The notes: generated by a model not told the origin, from the sequence alone. Shown: positions 40,401 to 48,875, counted from the first letter of the stretch. The stretch is DNA of 64,000 nucleotides from an uncultured Candidatus Saccharibacteria bacterium (GCA_964406895.1 CAYOTK010000005.1:7484-71483), one strand, 5' to 3'. A program made the numbers and translations.

Positions 40401-42589
40401 CAGGCGCAGATTGTGGCACTTCTTCTGGTGCGGCATACGATTGGCTACAACAATCAAACACATTTTCTGTTAATTCTCTAACCCCAACTACAACAATACC
40501 AATATGGATCAAATCAACCGCCACATCAACATTTGCGGGTGGTATTGAGTCGTGGGACAAGATTGGAGCGCCGTATTTCAATGCTACGTCCTCGACGGCA
40601 ACTTCTACATTTAATGGAGGGTTGAGGGTTGGAACAGGCGTTAATGGTTTATTTGCGTTCCAGAATGGATTTGTTTCTGTTGGAACAAGTTCTACTAACG
40701 CTGTATTTTCTATTCATTCTAATACAAGCAGTCAAGCGCCTCTATTTATGATTGCTTCTTCAACAAACGGCGCCGCAACGACGACCGCCTTCTTTGTTGC
40801 TGCAAATGGTACGATTGGTGTCGGAACTGCTCCAGTAGCTGGCTTTCAAATGAATATTACAGGAGCTTCAAGAGCAGGACAGGTTTTCGCTACAAGTCAG
40901 ATGAGTTCTCCAAACTATCTTTTAACTAATCCAGGCACTGTAAATAGTTATGCCTCTATGAATGGCGGCATATATTCTACAACCAATGGCGGTATTTATC
41001 CTTTCAACAATACGATGAACCTTATTATTTCCCCTCAGACTGGTGGTGGCACACCGAGGGATATAGTATTTGCCGTTGGTTCGACAACTGTTTCTACGGT
41101 GGTTATACGAGGTTCATCATATAACGTGGGTATTGGTACGACATCTCCATATGCCAAACTTTCAGTTATTGGTTCTACTGCCGCCACAACTACATTCGCT
41201 GTCTATGGTTTCAATTCTCAAACAGCACCGCTTGTGTTGGTTGCTTCGACAACAGGATCAGCTACATCTACAGCATTTATTATCGATAATAATGGTCAGG
41301 CAGGTATCGGCACAAGTACACCATGGAGAACACTGTCTTTGACTGGCACAGCAGCAATGCCAGGACTTACAGTGGCAGGCGCTTCCGGCTCAGCTGTCTG
41401 TCTTGCTGCTGGCGGTGAATTGCAAGTCAATTCCGGAGCGCAAACATGTACAGTTTCTTCAGCCAAATTTAAGCATGATATAGAGTCACAGATATCCGGT
41501 CTAGATACAATAAGAGCCTTGAGACCGGTATCATTTAAATACAACAATGATTCTTCAGGATCTGAGAGATTGGGTTTGATAGCAGAAGAAGTAAACAAAG
41601 TAGATCCAAGATTGATATTTACGGGTAACGATAACGAACCACGAGGTGTACGTTATGAAGATTTGACTTCAGTTCTTACAAGAGCTGTTCAGGAACTAGA
41701 TACAAAGGTTGATGATAATGCTTCCACAACTCTTGATTTCATGAAGTCTTCGAAGTTAAGTGTAGATTCTTCTTTGAATAAATTTACAGAGTATGACAAT
41801 CAATTTACAGATATAACTAAACAAATATCAGAGATGAATATTAGGATTTCAGATATTGCTTCTAGCACCTCAACAATTGCAAGCACAACGATAGATGCAA
41901 TATCTCATGATCAATCATTCATAGAAGTTATAGCAAATAAGGTCAAAGAATATATCGCTTCAGCTGGTGAATGGGTTGTATCTAAGATTTCTTCGGTCCT
42001 CGCTGTATTCGATAGGGTAGAAACCAAGACCGCAGCAGTAAGCAATGGTATAGAAATGACAGATAGTTCAACCAAAGAAGTTTGGTGTGTGAGAATACAG
42101 AATGGCGATTGGAATAAATTGCGTGGTAAATGCGGTGATGTAACCAGTGAAATTAAACCAGAAGTAACACCAGTACTAAATAATATAAATATAATAAACA
42201 CTGAGACAGCAACAACTACAATTGTTACAAATCCAGATAATGCTTCTACAACACCTGTTTCATCTTCAACAAGTACAGACGAGACGACAAATCAAGTAAA
42301 TCAGATTAATACCAACGAATCCACAACAACACAAAATACCACACCTACAACCCAAAAAGATGAAAGTGCCTCATCAAACAAGACTGAGAATCAAGCTCCT
42401 GTAACAACCCCGCAACCAGTTGAAAATGTTACAACAGCAAAAACAGAAACAGTTACGACACCAGATCCATCTACAGCAAGTTCTGGAACTGTTTCTGGTG
42501 GTAGTAATACCGAGACGGTGAATAGTTCAGGTAGTACGTCCTCTTTGAGTGGTAGTGTTTCGTCTGATTCGGGATCAGTAAATCCATAA
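34415..42589 (+). CDS. Giant (2724 aa) surface fibre protein with six regions (N to C): an HTH-like cytoplasmic N-terminus, a single TM helix, an FG-GAP/VCBS beta-propeller, long GIGTTSP-type fibre repeats, a peptidase S74 intramolecular-chaperone domain and a Ser/Thr-rich tail
   Basis: It is one uninterrupted ORF. The TM helix is LPTILVAILLSAGSVFSAYSF (~34880-34945). Eight or more repeats of D-[IV]-N-x-DG-x-x-D-[IV]…N-x-[IV]-S-V-[FL]-x-N-x-G-[DN]-G-T-F lie at ~36640-37680. SSAKFKHDIESQISGLDTIRALRPVSFKYNNDSSGSERLGLIAEEV lies at ~41455-41710. Confidence 0.8.
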   Translation: MKDTLIIDGKEFISSRRAAEMTKYTNDYVGQLCRQSKVVAKRFGRVWFIDRDSILQYKKNQDNLLGISNFDVRVDDAPILKTVEPDNSLLDTSHQSKLSDQNNKPQIKSQSDIVWDFKHFEDVSQIKDSNTKKELETALVNIKGRANRAIETFGKSLPTILVAILLSAGSVFSAYSFSYPDQVNDFIEKNRSRTSIIVSQYSAIKNQFNVNEGQTANIIDSSISDVKDFGVSAYIGFRDFIVSIFGTKIKTNNNQFVNTQIYTTPNTPPITTIINLSKKSSSQTSGITNQSFNYYDTGSYSYLNQKIDSLREDFNKSLWFEKEQNYRIVESVSKTSLNSSSNNQTQVTDLSQLTGTLGIGHGGTGVASLLSGLIYSDGTSALNSTTSPLVGSIFASSTIANNIFLGNVGVGTTSPLSKLDVYGDLILSGLSRYVNFGDVSGSSGYGIRDNGGIIEFKNTGGTWLGIGSGGGGGSDGNWSYFNGSGIRLATSSNTVLVGANSTTTSSKLEVIGSGYYSGNLGIGTTSPWRTLSVKGNSDLGNNALAGSFTATSTTASVFPYASSTAVTVSGNLYLNSYNGPLQANNGIVSATTSIGVVYGGTGVSTFGQGWIYSSGGTTALAASTSPTVNYLVSTSTTATSTFAGPISIIGSSGLNVLTNGHVGIGTSTPVGSLYVPDLVTQAIAFPSGANITYQSGYNAYTNFSSGIGIASVPFATVNIDTPNKVALSNISTIQSGELNVRSGGTFGTKTDYTTGTLPSGIYVSDINNDGKKDVITGNNGSDNISVFPGNGDGTLGSRTNYSTGTGSGPAFVTAADLNGDGFNDIVAADNASTTMSVFINKKDGTFLAHVDYISGTTPGGITINDFNGDGKSDIAVSNYGSNTISVFINNGDGTFASKVNYTVGSAPTYITSADVNGDGKIDIISPNFSSNTVSVLMNNGNGTFATKVDYVTAAGPQTSDVGDVNGDGKPDIVVGNYTGNSASVFLNNGNGTFAAKVDYTLGINPVDLHLADFSGDGKPDIAVVNYTDSTVSVLINNGDGTFASKVDYSTNTGPSAVAIGDLNRDGAPDIVVADTDINKVSVLLNQTSSLLYAQASTNRVAIGTSTPYSKFSVWGTGTGTNRLFDLVNSASTTIASFLENGTGYLLGNIGVGTTSPYSKLAITNSSASQPALSIYGFNSQTSPLMLVASTTGSATSTAFIIDNNGKVGVGTSSPYVQLSVAGIGAFDSLNINSNATSTFVGGIQAKALNIISTTASSTFGNGISLSNGCYAINGTCIGAGTIDGAGLANKLAFWSGASTISYNNNLSWLNSSSRFGIGTSTPNWDLQVASSSGATIALTDTSASANTKHWTLSSLGGNFYLSTSSDSLSASSNYMWFDTNNYGTYLGKDAGRFNSIVPDYAQYNTFVGYASGHGPSSWISDNNTGVGALSLYSATTGYDNTAIGYMALYNNVDGDQNIVIGSNTGTNIVNGSRNIIIGSNIDAPSDNGSLLNIGNIIYGNNIDGSLSTISSGNIGIGTTSPGARFSISGASGGSVPLFAISSSTAGFATSTSLIVDANGKVGIGTTTPYTQLSVAGNIAATGLTLSGITGSTQCLRVNASGIVSGTGADCGTSSGASYDWLQQTNTFGVNSLTPTTTIPIWIKSTATSTFAGGIESWDKIGAPYFNATSSTATSTFNGGLIAANVGNSYGLYALSSTGYVGIGTNSPFYPLSVITNADNLGLQIRRNSGSTNTTNEIGFRVASTEGSNLAGIRSTRVDAGAGHSLSFFTNPSGNTPTIRMTLASTGEVGVGSTTPWARLSVNGSNGGTTPLFVVASSTSAYATSTVFMIDQNGQVGIGSSSPMSVFGIVSPYKANVSFGNGTVTGYTGIDNVDSAIDLGTYSAHPVRLETSGVERLRVLSTGNIGVGTTSPWTNFAISGSAAQSTPIFAISTSTAGFATSTAFIIDSNGKVGIGTTTPYTQLSVAGNIAATGLTLSGITGSTQCLRVDASGIVSGTGADCGTSSGAAYDWLQQSNTFSVNSLTPTTTIPIWIKSTATSTFAGGIESWDKIGAPYFNATSSTATSTFNGGLRVGTGVNGLFAFQNGFVSVGTSSTNAVFSIHSNTSSQAPLFMIASSTNGAATTTAFFVAANGTIGVGTAPVAGFQMNITGASRAGQVFATSQMSSPNYLLTNPGTVNSYASMNGGIYSTTNGGIYPFNNTMNLIISPQTGGGTPRDIVFAVGSTTVSTVVIRGSSYNVGIGTTSPYAKLSVIGSTAATTTFAVYGFNSQTAPLVLVASTTGSATSTAFIIDNNGQAGIGTSTPWRTLSLTGTAAMPGLTVAGASGSAVCLAAGGELQVNSGAQTCTVSSAKFKHDIESQISGLDTIRALRPVSFKYNNDSSGSERLGLIAEEVNKVDPRLIFTGNDNEPRGVRYEDLTSVLTRAVQELDTKVDDNASTTLDFMKSSKLSVDSSLNKFTEYDNQFTDITKQISEMNIRISDIASSTSTIASTTIDAISHDQSFIEVIANKVKEYIASAGEWVVSKISSVLAVFDRVETKTAAVSNGIEMTDSSTKEVWCVRIQNGDWNKLRGKCGDVTSEIKPEVTPVLNNINIINTETATTTIVTNPDNASTTPVSSSTSTDETTNQVNQINTNESTTTQNTTPTTQKDESASSNKTENQAPVTTPQPVENVTTAKTETVTTPDPSTASSGTVSGGSNTETVNSSGSTSSLSGSVSSDSGSVNP
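39041..39454. repeat. Internal 414-bp coding repeat, copy 1 (~95% identical to 40211-40624)
   Basis: It contains long identical runs, e.g. caaccactccatatactcagctatcagtagc and tctctaaccccaactacaacaataccaatatggatcaaatcaaccgccacatcaacatttgcgggtgg. Confidence 0.8.
40211..40624. repeat. Internal 414-bp coding repeat, copy 2
   Basis: Same as copy 1, offset 1170 bp and in frame. Confidence 0.8.
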
Positions 42590-42629
42590 TTAGCATGATG
42601 AATTATCAATTTAATTGTAATGAAAGCAT

Positions 42630-45600
42630 ATGAAAAAGATACAGAATAAAAATTTTGCGATGGTTGTAGGAATTGCTGTTTTGTTATTTGCTTTTATTAC
42701 AATTAGTTTTTGGGGAGTGATTGTTTCTCCTCAGTATTATCCAAATACTGCACAAGTTGTTTCGAATCCGACAACACTTACACCAGAAGAAATACAGAAA
42801 CAATTAAGTGATCTAGAAAATCAGATAAATCAAACGAATCAAGAATTGAATAGTACCACTCAAGAGGTAAGTTCTCTCGAGTCCAATCAAAAACTGACCA
42901 ATCAACCAGACGGCACCAATATTATTCACATAACAACTTATGGATCAGATTCTGGTGATGGGAGTTCTGCGTCGCCGATGGCTTCTATTGATAAAGCCAT
43001 TGCAAAATTAGATTCCGCAGGTATTCATGACGGAAGAATTATTGTTCATAATGGCACATACGTTCTCAAGAATTCTATAGAAATAAAACCCGCATCAGAT
43101 AATTCTAGGACCTTAACAATAGAAGCTGGTCAGGGTGAGGCTCCAGTACTTGACGGTTCGCAGGTTATTACAGCTCAGCCTTTGAGTGGTCAGGCAGGAA
43201 TTTATCTTATTTCGATTTCATATTCTGGCACGAATATGCCACAAATCTGGCATCAAAATCAAAGAATTAGATATGTGCCGGTTCAGAGTTTCGATGTCTT
43301 GAAAAGTACTGATTATGGCGCTTATCCGTATTCAGCGAATACAATCGCTATTCACCCAAAAGGCGGTGTTCTGTCAGATGGTTCTGATTTGAGAGGATCG
43401 GTTTTGGATTACGGTTTTATCATTACAAGAAGTAATGTTAAAGTCGACAAGATATCTTTTACTGGTTTTGCGAAAACTAGTTATTCTGCAGGAATTGTTG
43501 TCGGAGCAAATAACTATAGTCCCGCAGTAGATAATATTAATTTGTTAAATGTAATTGTCAGTAATTCTTATTCTGGAATATCGACTCTGAAAGGTACTAG
43601 TGTTAGAAAAGTAAATATAAATAATTGTGACATAAGAGATGTTGCCACAGGAATTAATGCGCACGGAGGAGATGTATCTATCACGTATTGTAAAATAATA
43701 AATGATGCCAGAGCCTCAAATCTATTTGCTTTCAAGCAGGTTGATGTTTATATGGGTGAGGCAGGAATAAACGTTCGAGATAGTTACAGTACGGCGGGGT
43801 GTGAATATAAATATAATGTTATTAAAGGTTTCAAATATGGCATAGCTTTACAGGCCACTGAAAATCAAACTAATGGTGGTGGATATGCAAAATATAGTAT
43901 AGAACATAATACGATTGTGCTTGCTCCGGACGACGTTATAAGTACCGGAAGTTCTATGGGAATTCAATTTTCAAGATATGTCGGAACATCTTGTGCAAAT
44001 TGTGGTCCTGATAAAGCTCAATTCAGATACAACATTGTTGATGGATTCACATATCCATGGAATGTAAACAAGAGTGGATCTGCATCTCAAACTCAAGCAA
44101 ACATCGATCAAAATGTTTTTTGGAATAGTTCCGCGAACAAATCAACCTATGAAAAAGATTTCAAAGATATTCCTTCTGACAAGGGCTCAGGAACAAATAT
44201 AGTTGGGGATCCAATGTTTGTTAATAAAAATTCTCAAGATTTCCGTGTCTTTTCTGGCGGTTCAGCCTTGAGCATCGTCGCATCCGCTGTGCCAGCAGGA
44301 GCGTTATCATCAGTGCCTGGTGGAGGAAATATAGAGCCGAATTTTAGTTTGGACATCCCGGTTATCGCTAATGTTCAAAATAAAGTTGGTAACTCATATG
44401 AAGTAATTGGTTCAACATTCAAGTTCAACATAACCGCATATGATCCAACTTCTGTAAAAAACACGAAAATTTCAATATCGTCTCCCAGCACAGAGACTGT
44501 AAATATTACTCATTCGTATGTCAATCAAGAAACAATTACATTACCAGACAGCTTGGTAACTTATACAATTACGATAGTTATAGATAATGGTACAAAGACT
44601 TCATCTCCTCAAACAATCACAGTTACAAAGAAATCCTCGACAGTATCTTATTCCGATAATTATGTGAGAACATCAAAATATGGTTTTGTGGTTTTTGCCA
44701 AAAATAGTCAAGATGCAGATCAATACATTTCTTATAGAAAAAAAGGTGACACCAATTGGACAAAGGGTTTTGATGATAGCCAATATTCTGGAGCTATATA
44801 TAGTGATGCAAGAAATTCTGGTTTGCAACCACTTATAGTTACAGGCGTTGAGCCAAATACAGACTATGAATACATGATTACAACCAAACAAGGAAATGAA
44901 TCGTCTTCTGTTTATACCGTCAACACTTCAGGAGAACCAAAGACTTATTATGTTTCCACGAATGGTGAAGATTCATTTGATCGTGGTCTTGGTGCATCGA
45001 ATGCTTTCAAGACTTTACAATATGCTGTAGATTTATCGTTACCTGGAGATACAATAAATATTTTAGCTGGAGTATATTCTGGCACAACAATAATGGTTCA
45101 TAGTGGAACTGTGAGCAATCATATTAGAATAACTGGTAATCCTGCAGGCGGAACAATTCTTGGTGGACAAAATACAGCCTTGTCAGCACTTTCTCTAGAA
45201 AAAGTTTCTTATGTGGACATTTCGAATTTGTCTATACAAGGAGTAGCCACTGCAGGAATTTCCTGTAATAAATGTTCAAATGTAAGTATTACAAATTCAT
45301 TCTTTGCCAATCAATATATAGGCTCGAGTCTAAACAAGACTGATGTGGCAATAATTCTGAGAGATAGTTCTGATATTGATATAAATCATAATGTTATCAG
45401 GAATTGGTGGTGGGGAGTTCAGGTTACAAATTCTCCAAGAACAAAAATAGTAAATAACACAATAGTTTCTACGGTTGATGGTTGTATCATTCTTGGTACA
45501 GGTTCTGTTGATTCGGAAATTTCATATAACAGTTTGAATTTCCCTATAAATACAACAATGATTGTATATGCATCACCACAAGATCGTTCAAGAATTAAAA

Positions 45601-48600
45601 TTGATTATAACAATTTGGCCTCGAATATAATGTCGACTTATAGGGGTGACCCTGATACGAATACTGATTATAAGAGCAATTATTCATATTTTAAGAGTTC
45701 ACGAGAATTAAGTTGGTATTATGATTCAGCGCAAAATGGCAAAGTATATACCTCTTTCTCGAAATGGAAGAATGATACGGGCTGGGATACCAATAGTATA
45801 GTTGCTGATCCGATGTGGGTAGATCCATTGAAAGATGATTTTCATGTTAAGACCGGAAGTCCAAACTTGCTTTCAAATGGAAAATATATCGGCGCAATGG
45901 GTCCGGGAAATAATACTCCCGAAATAATTATTGAAAATAATTCCGATACAATATATGTTTCAAATTCAGGTTCAGATACTTCAGGAGATGGTAGTTCGGA
46001 TAAACCATACAAAACTATTCAAAAGGCATTAGATAATGCCGAAGCGGGAAAGACAGTATTCATAAAGGCGGGAACATATGATGGCAGAAGATTAATTTTT
46101 AAGAATTCTGGTGTTTCAGGAAAACCAATTGTTATAGAAGGGGAGAAATCATCATCGGGAGAGAGATTGGTTACTTTGGATGGTGGAGAATCTATGACTG
46201 GTTGGGAAAATGCGCCAGAAATAGGTGATGGTGTATATAAGGTTGCAAATAAAGTTTCTCCTGTAAGTAATCTTATAAATAACTTACCATATTCTGTTGT
46301 GGTTGACGGGAAATATGCTGATCCTTTGAGAAGTAATAGTTATATGGACATAAGTACAGAATGGAAGAAATACATGAATATGGATATAAATGCCGAGGTT
46401 ACTACAGACAATCCCGAGCACGCTCAGTCTAATCAAGCCTTACTTGGAAAGGTTAGGTTTTGGGATGTAACCAAAGCGATATTCTATGCCACAAAAGATT
46501 ACACATATATAAGGCTTGCAGACAAATCAAATCCAAATAATCACACTATTAGGGGCTCGTTCTATATTCCTGGATATTGGTCTTATGATACTTTCGTTAT
46601 TCAAGACAAAAGCTACATAACAATTCGAGATATAAACTTTAGAACTTATACAAACGGTATTAGTATGAGAGGTGCGGGTTCACATCATATAAATATTACA
46701 AATAACAATATTCAGGCCTCAAAAATCGCTATCGAAATTCAGTCGGGGGCACATGATATTGATGTCTCAAATAATGAAATACCTTTTGCTCATTTCGGAA
46801 CTTCATTCGGAGCATGGATTGGCTCAGAATATACAACAGGTAATTTGAGATATTCATTGGATTTGAAACAAGCTATATATCAGTGGTATCACCATTGGAT
46901 ATTCAACGGTACAGGATTCACAGGTATCAGTGCTTCGGCTGACGCGGGTGATAATATCGATATTTATAATAACAAGCTATCACAGGGATTCATTGCTATT
47001 GATGTAACAACAATCAATCGACGAATAAATAATGTTGAGGTTTACGGTAATACAATATCTGGTTTTTCAAGTGGAGCAATTTACGCAAGAGGTGCGATAA
47101 TAAATCTACAGATTCATAACAACGTTATGAGCGATGTGAATTATGCCGTAAGAAACCATGAACTCAATATATCAGACCCAAGAAAGGTTTATATATACAA
47201 CAATTGGGTCATAAATCCTGAACATGTTGGTATGGGAATATTCTTCCATTATTTCTCAGGTCATCCAATTCCAGCAAATCCTCCCGAAATATATATTTAT
47301 CATAACAATCTTATTGGTGGCAGGAATGGATTCAATTTTGATGCATATGTAGGTGAATATAATGGCGCTAAGGGTGTGTATGTGCTCAATAATATAGTTT
47401 CGAGTGGTGATTATGACTTGTCGGGTGCCAATACTCCAGAAAAAGATTTCTTCGGGATTTTTGATTATAACTGGTTTGATAATATGCCTGAAGTATATAC
47501 AAAACGAAATTGGTTTGGTGCAAATAATTTGAAAAAATCTAATGGCGAATCTAAGATTATGACTGGAAATACACCCACAACATTTAGATTGCCGTCCAAT
47601 ATCAAGGCATATCAAGCAGGAATTGATCTTTCGAAAACTCAAAATATAAATGGCAAGACAATTGGTCCATTACCAGGAATGTCTGGTTGTTCGAATTCAA
47701 AACCAGACATGGGAGTTATTGGTTCCTGTAATGGCGGTGGCGTGATAATTATTCCTGTAAATAATATCTCTGCATATGATGGTAGATATACTATAAAGAA
47801 AGGAGAAGTTTTGAACGGTTCAATGTCTATCAATAGAGCAATTAATTCGGGAATAAAATTCTTGATAACAACGCAATCGTTCAGAGGTATTGTTGCTGTT
47901 AGAGATAATGGAACATTCACATATACACCAGAATCAAACTTTGTAGGAACTGATTATTTTAACTTTAAAGTTAATGATGGTGTTTCTGATTCTAATATCG
48001 CAACAATAAGAATTACTGTCGAGAATAATGACAATACGAACACGGGTGGAGGCGGAGGTAACACTGGTGGTAATGGAACATCCGGTGGTAACACAACAGG
48101 TGGAGGAAATAATAATGGAAATAATAGCAATTCAAATAATAATAAAATTGTGGTGCCGAAGACTGGAGATGATGTCAAAAACAAGGTTACTGAAGTCGTT
48201 AAGACTGTTGTGCCGGTCAAGACTCCTATAGCACCAAAGAATGTTGTATATCAAAATGAAAATCGCAAAACAGAGACTGTAGTTAATTCAACTGCAAAAA
48301 TTAAATCGACTCTTTCAATCGGTTCCAAGGGGGAAGAAGTAAAGGTTTTGCAGAGAGTACTTTCAAGAGAAAATCTATTGCCAGCAACTTTGAATACAGG
48401 TTATTATGGCACGCTCACGGAAGTTGCTGTGCAGAGATTGCAAAAGAAATACAATATTGTTACTACCGGTTCACCAAATACAACAGGCTTCGGTGTTGTG
48501 GGTAAAAAAACTCAGGATTTGGTAAATAAATTGAATTCCAAAATACCTACTCCGAGTTCAACTAGTGAACCACTTCTATTGCCTACAGGTGGATCTTCAT

Positions 48601-48875
48601 CAAGCAACACCACATCTTCTTCAGGTTCTGTGACAAGTAATTTGAAATTTGGTTCTAGGGGTGAAGAAGTAAAGATTCTCCAACAAGCTCTGGTGAAAGA
48701 GAAGTTGTTAGCACCAAATCTTACAACAGGATATTACGGAACTCTCACTCAGTCTGCAGTGCAGAAATTGCAGACAAAGTACAATGTTATTTCTTCAGGC
48801 AATCCTCAAACCACCGGATATGGCTCAGTAGGGCCAAAAACAAAAGATATAATAAACACAATATTGAAGAAGTGA
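42630..48875 (+). CDS. Giant (2081 aa) secreted/cell-wall-bound parallel beta-helix protein with two C-terminal peptidoglycan-binding (PG_binding_1) domains
   Basis: It has an N-terminal TM/signal segment and a coiled coil. Many beta-helix repeats are present (e.g. DKPYKTIQKALDNAEAGKTVFIKAGTY, NxxI…N). A Gly/Asn low-complexity linker lies at ~48040-48150. The PG-binding motif occurs twice: LSIGSKGEEVKVLQRVLSRENLL…GYYGTLTEVAVQRLQKKYNI and LKFGSRGEEVKILQQALVKEKLL…GYYGTLTQSAVQKLQTKYNV. Confidence 0.75.
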   Translation: MKKIQNKNFAMVVGIAVLLFAFITISFWGVIVSPQYYPNTAQVVSNPTTLTPEEIQKQLSDLENQINQTNQELNSTTQEVSSLESNQKLTNQPDGTNIIHITTYGSDSGDGSSASPMASIDKAIAKLDSAGIHDGRIIVHNGTYVLKNSIEIKPASDNSRTLTIEAGQGEAPVLDGSQVITAQPLSGQAGIYLISISYSGTNMPQIWHQNQRIRYVPVQSFDVLKSTDYGAYPYSANTIAIHPKGGVLSDGSDLRGSVLDYGFIITRSNVKVDKISFTGFAKTSYSAGIVVGANNYSPAVDNINLLNVIVSNSYSGISTLKGTSVRKVNINNCDIRDVATGINAHGGDVSITYCKIINDARASNLFAFKQVDVYMGEAGINVRDSYSTAGCEYKYNVIKGFKYGIALQATENQTNGGGYAKYSIEHNTIVLAPDDVISTGSSMGIQFSRYVGTSCANCGPDKAQFRYNIVDGFTYPWNVNKSGSASQTQANIDQNVFWNSSANKSTYEKDFKDIPSDKGSGTNIVGDPMFVNKNSQDFRVFSGGSALSIVASAVPAGALSSVPGGGNIEPNFSLDIPVIANVQNKVGNSYEVIGSTFKFNITAYDPTSVKNTKISISSPSTETVNITHSYVNQETITLPDSLVTYTITIVIDNGTKTSSPQTITVTKKSSTVSYSDNYVRTSKYGFVVFAKNSQDADQYISYRKKGDTNWTKGFDDSQYSGAIYSDARNSGLQPLIVTGVEPNTDYEYMITTKQGNESSSVYTVNTSGEPKTYYVSTNGEDSFDRGLGASNAFKTLQYAVDLSLPGDTINILAGVYSGTTIMVHSGTVSNHIRITGNPAGGTILGGQNTALSALSLEKVSYVDISNLSIQGVATAGISCNKCSNVSITNSFFANQYIGSSLNKTDVAIILRDSSDIDINHNVIRNWWWGVQVTNSPRTKIVNNTIVSTVDGCIILGTGSVDSEISYNSLNFPINTTMIVYASPQDRSRIKIDYNNLASNIMSTYRGDPDTNTDYKSNYSYFKSSRELSWYYDSAQNGKVYTSFSKWKNDTGWDTNSIVADPMWVDPLKDDFHVKTGSPNLLSNGKYIGAMGPGNNTPEIIIENNSDTIYVSNSGSDTSGDGSSDKPYKTIQKALDNAEAGKTVFIKAGTYDGRRLIFKNSGVSGKPIVIEGEKSSSGERLVTLDGGESMTGWENAPEIGDGVYKVANKVSPVSNLINNLPYSVVVDGKYADPLRSNSYMDISTEWKKYMNMDINAEVTTDNPEHAQSNQALLGKVRFWDVTKAIFYATKDYTYIRLADKSNPNNHTIRGSFYIPGYWSYDTFVIQDKSYITIRDINFRTYTNGISMRGAGSHHINITNNNIQASKIAIEIQSGAHDIDVSNNEIPFAHFGTSFGAWIGSEYTTGNLRYSLDLKQAIYQWYHHWIFNGTGFTGISASADAGDNIDIYNNKLSQGFIAIDVTTINRRINNVEVYGNTISGFSSGAIYARGAIINLQIHNNVMSDVNYAVRNHELNISDPRKVYIYNNWVINPEHVGMGIFFHYFSGHPIPANPPEIYIYHNNLIGGRNGFNFDAYVGEYNGAKGVYVLNNIVSSGDYDLSGANTPEKDFFGIFDYNWFDNMPEVYTKRNWFGANNLKKSNGESKIMTGNTPTTFRLPSNIKAYQAGIDLSKTQNINGKTIGPLPGMSGCSNSKPDMGVIGSCNGGGVIIIPVNNISAYDGRYTIKKGEVLNGSMSINRAINSGIKFLITTQSFRGIVAVRDNGTFTYTPESNFVGTDYFNFKVNDGVSDSNIATIRITVENNDNTNTGGGGGNTGGNGTSGGNTTGGGNNNGNNSNSNNNKIVVPKTGDDVKNKVTEVVKTVVPVKTPIAPKNVVYQNENRKTETVVNSTAKIKSTLSIGSKGEEVKVLQRVLSRENLLPATLNTGYYGTLTEVAVQRLQKKYNIVTTGSPNTTGFGVVGKKTQDLVNKLNSKIPTPSSTSEPLLLPTGGSSSSNTTSSSGSVTSNLKFGSRGEEVKILQQALVKEKLLAPNLTTGYYGTLTQSAVQKLQTKYNVISSGNPQTTGYGSVGPKTKDIINTILKK

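Noticed and set aside
35746-40581. Antisense ORFs inside the giant fibre gene (35746-35934 -, 38905-39114 -, 39124-39474 -, 40063-40284 -, 40360-40581 -)
   Set aside because: They are by-products of low-complexity repetitive coding sequence on the opposite strand. Two of them resemble each other only because they lie in the duplicated 414-bp segment.
35200-42500. Highly repetitive DNA that might be mistaken for a CRISPR or tandem-repeat array
   Set aside because: The repeats are in-frame protein modules (GIGTTSP, FG-GAP) of variable length and sequence, not short, regularly spaced direct repeats with unique spacers.
34415-48875. Possible prophage, because of the S74 tail-fibre chaperone domain and beta-helix tailspike-like protein
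   Set aside because: No capsid, terminase, portal, integrase or tail-tube genes are present, and both proteins carry membrane or cell-wall anchoring features. They are interpreted as host surface proteins sharing phage-like modules.
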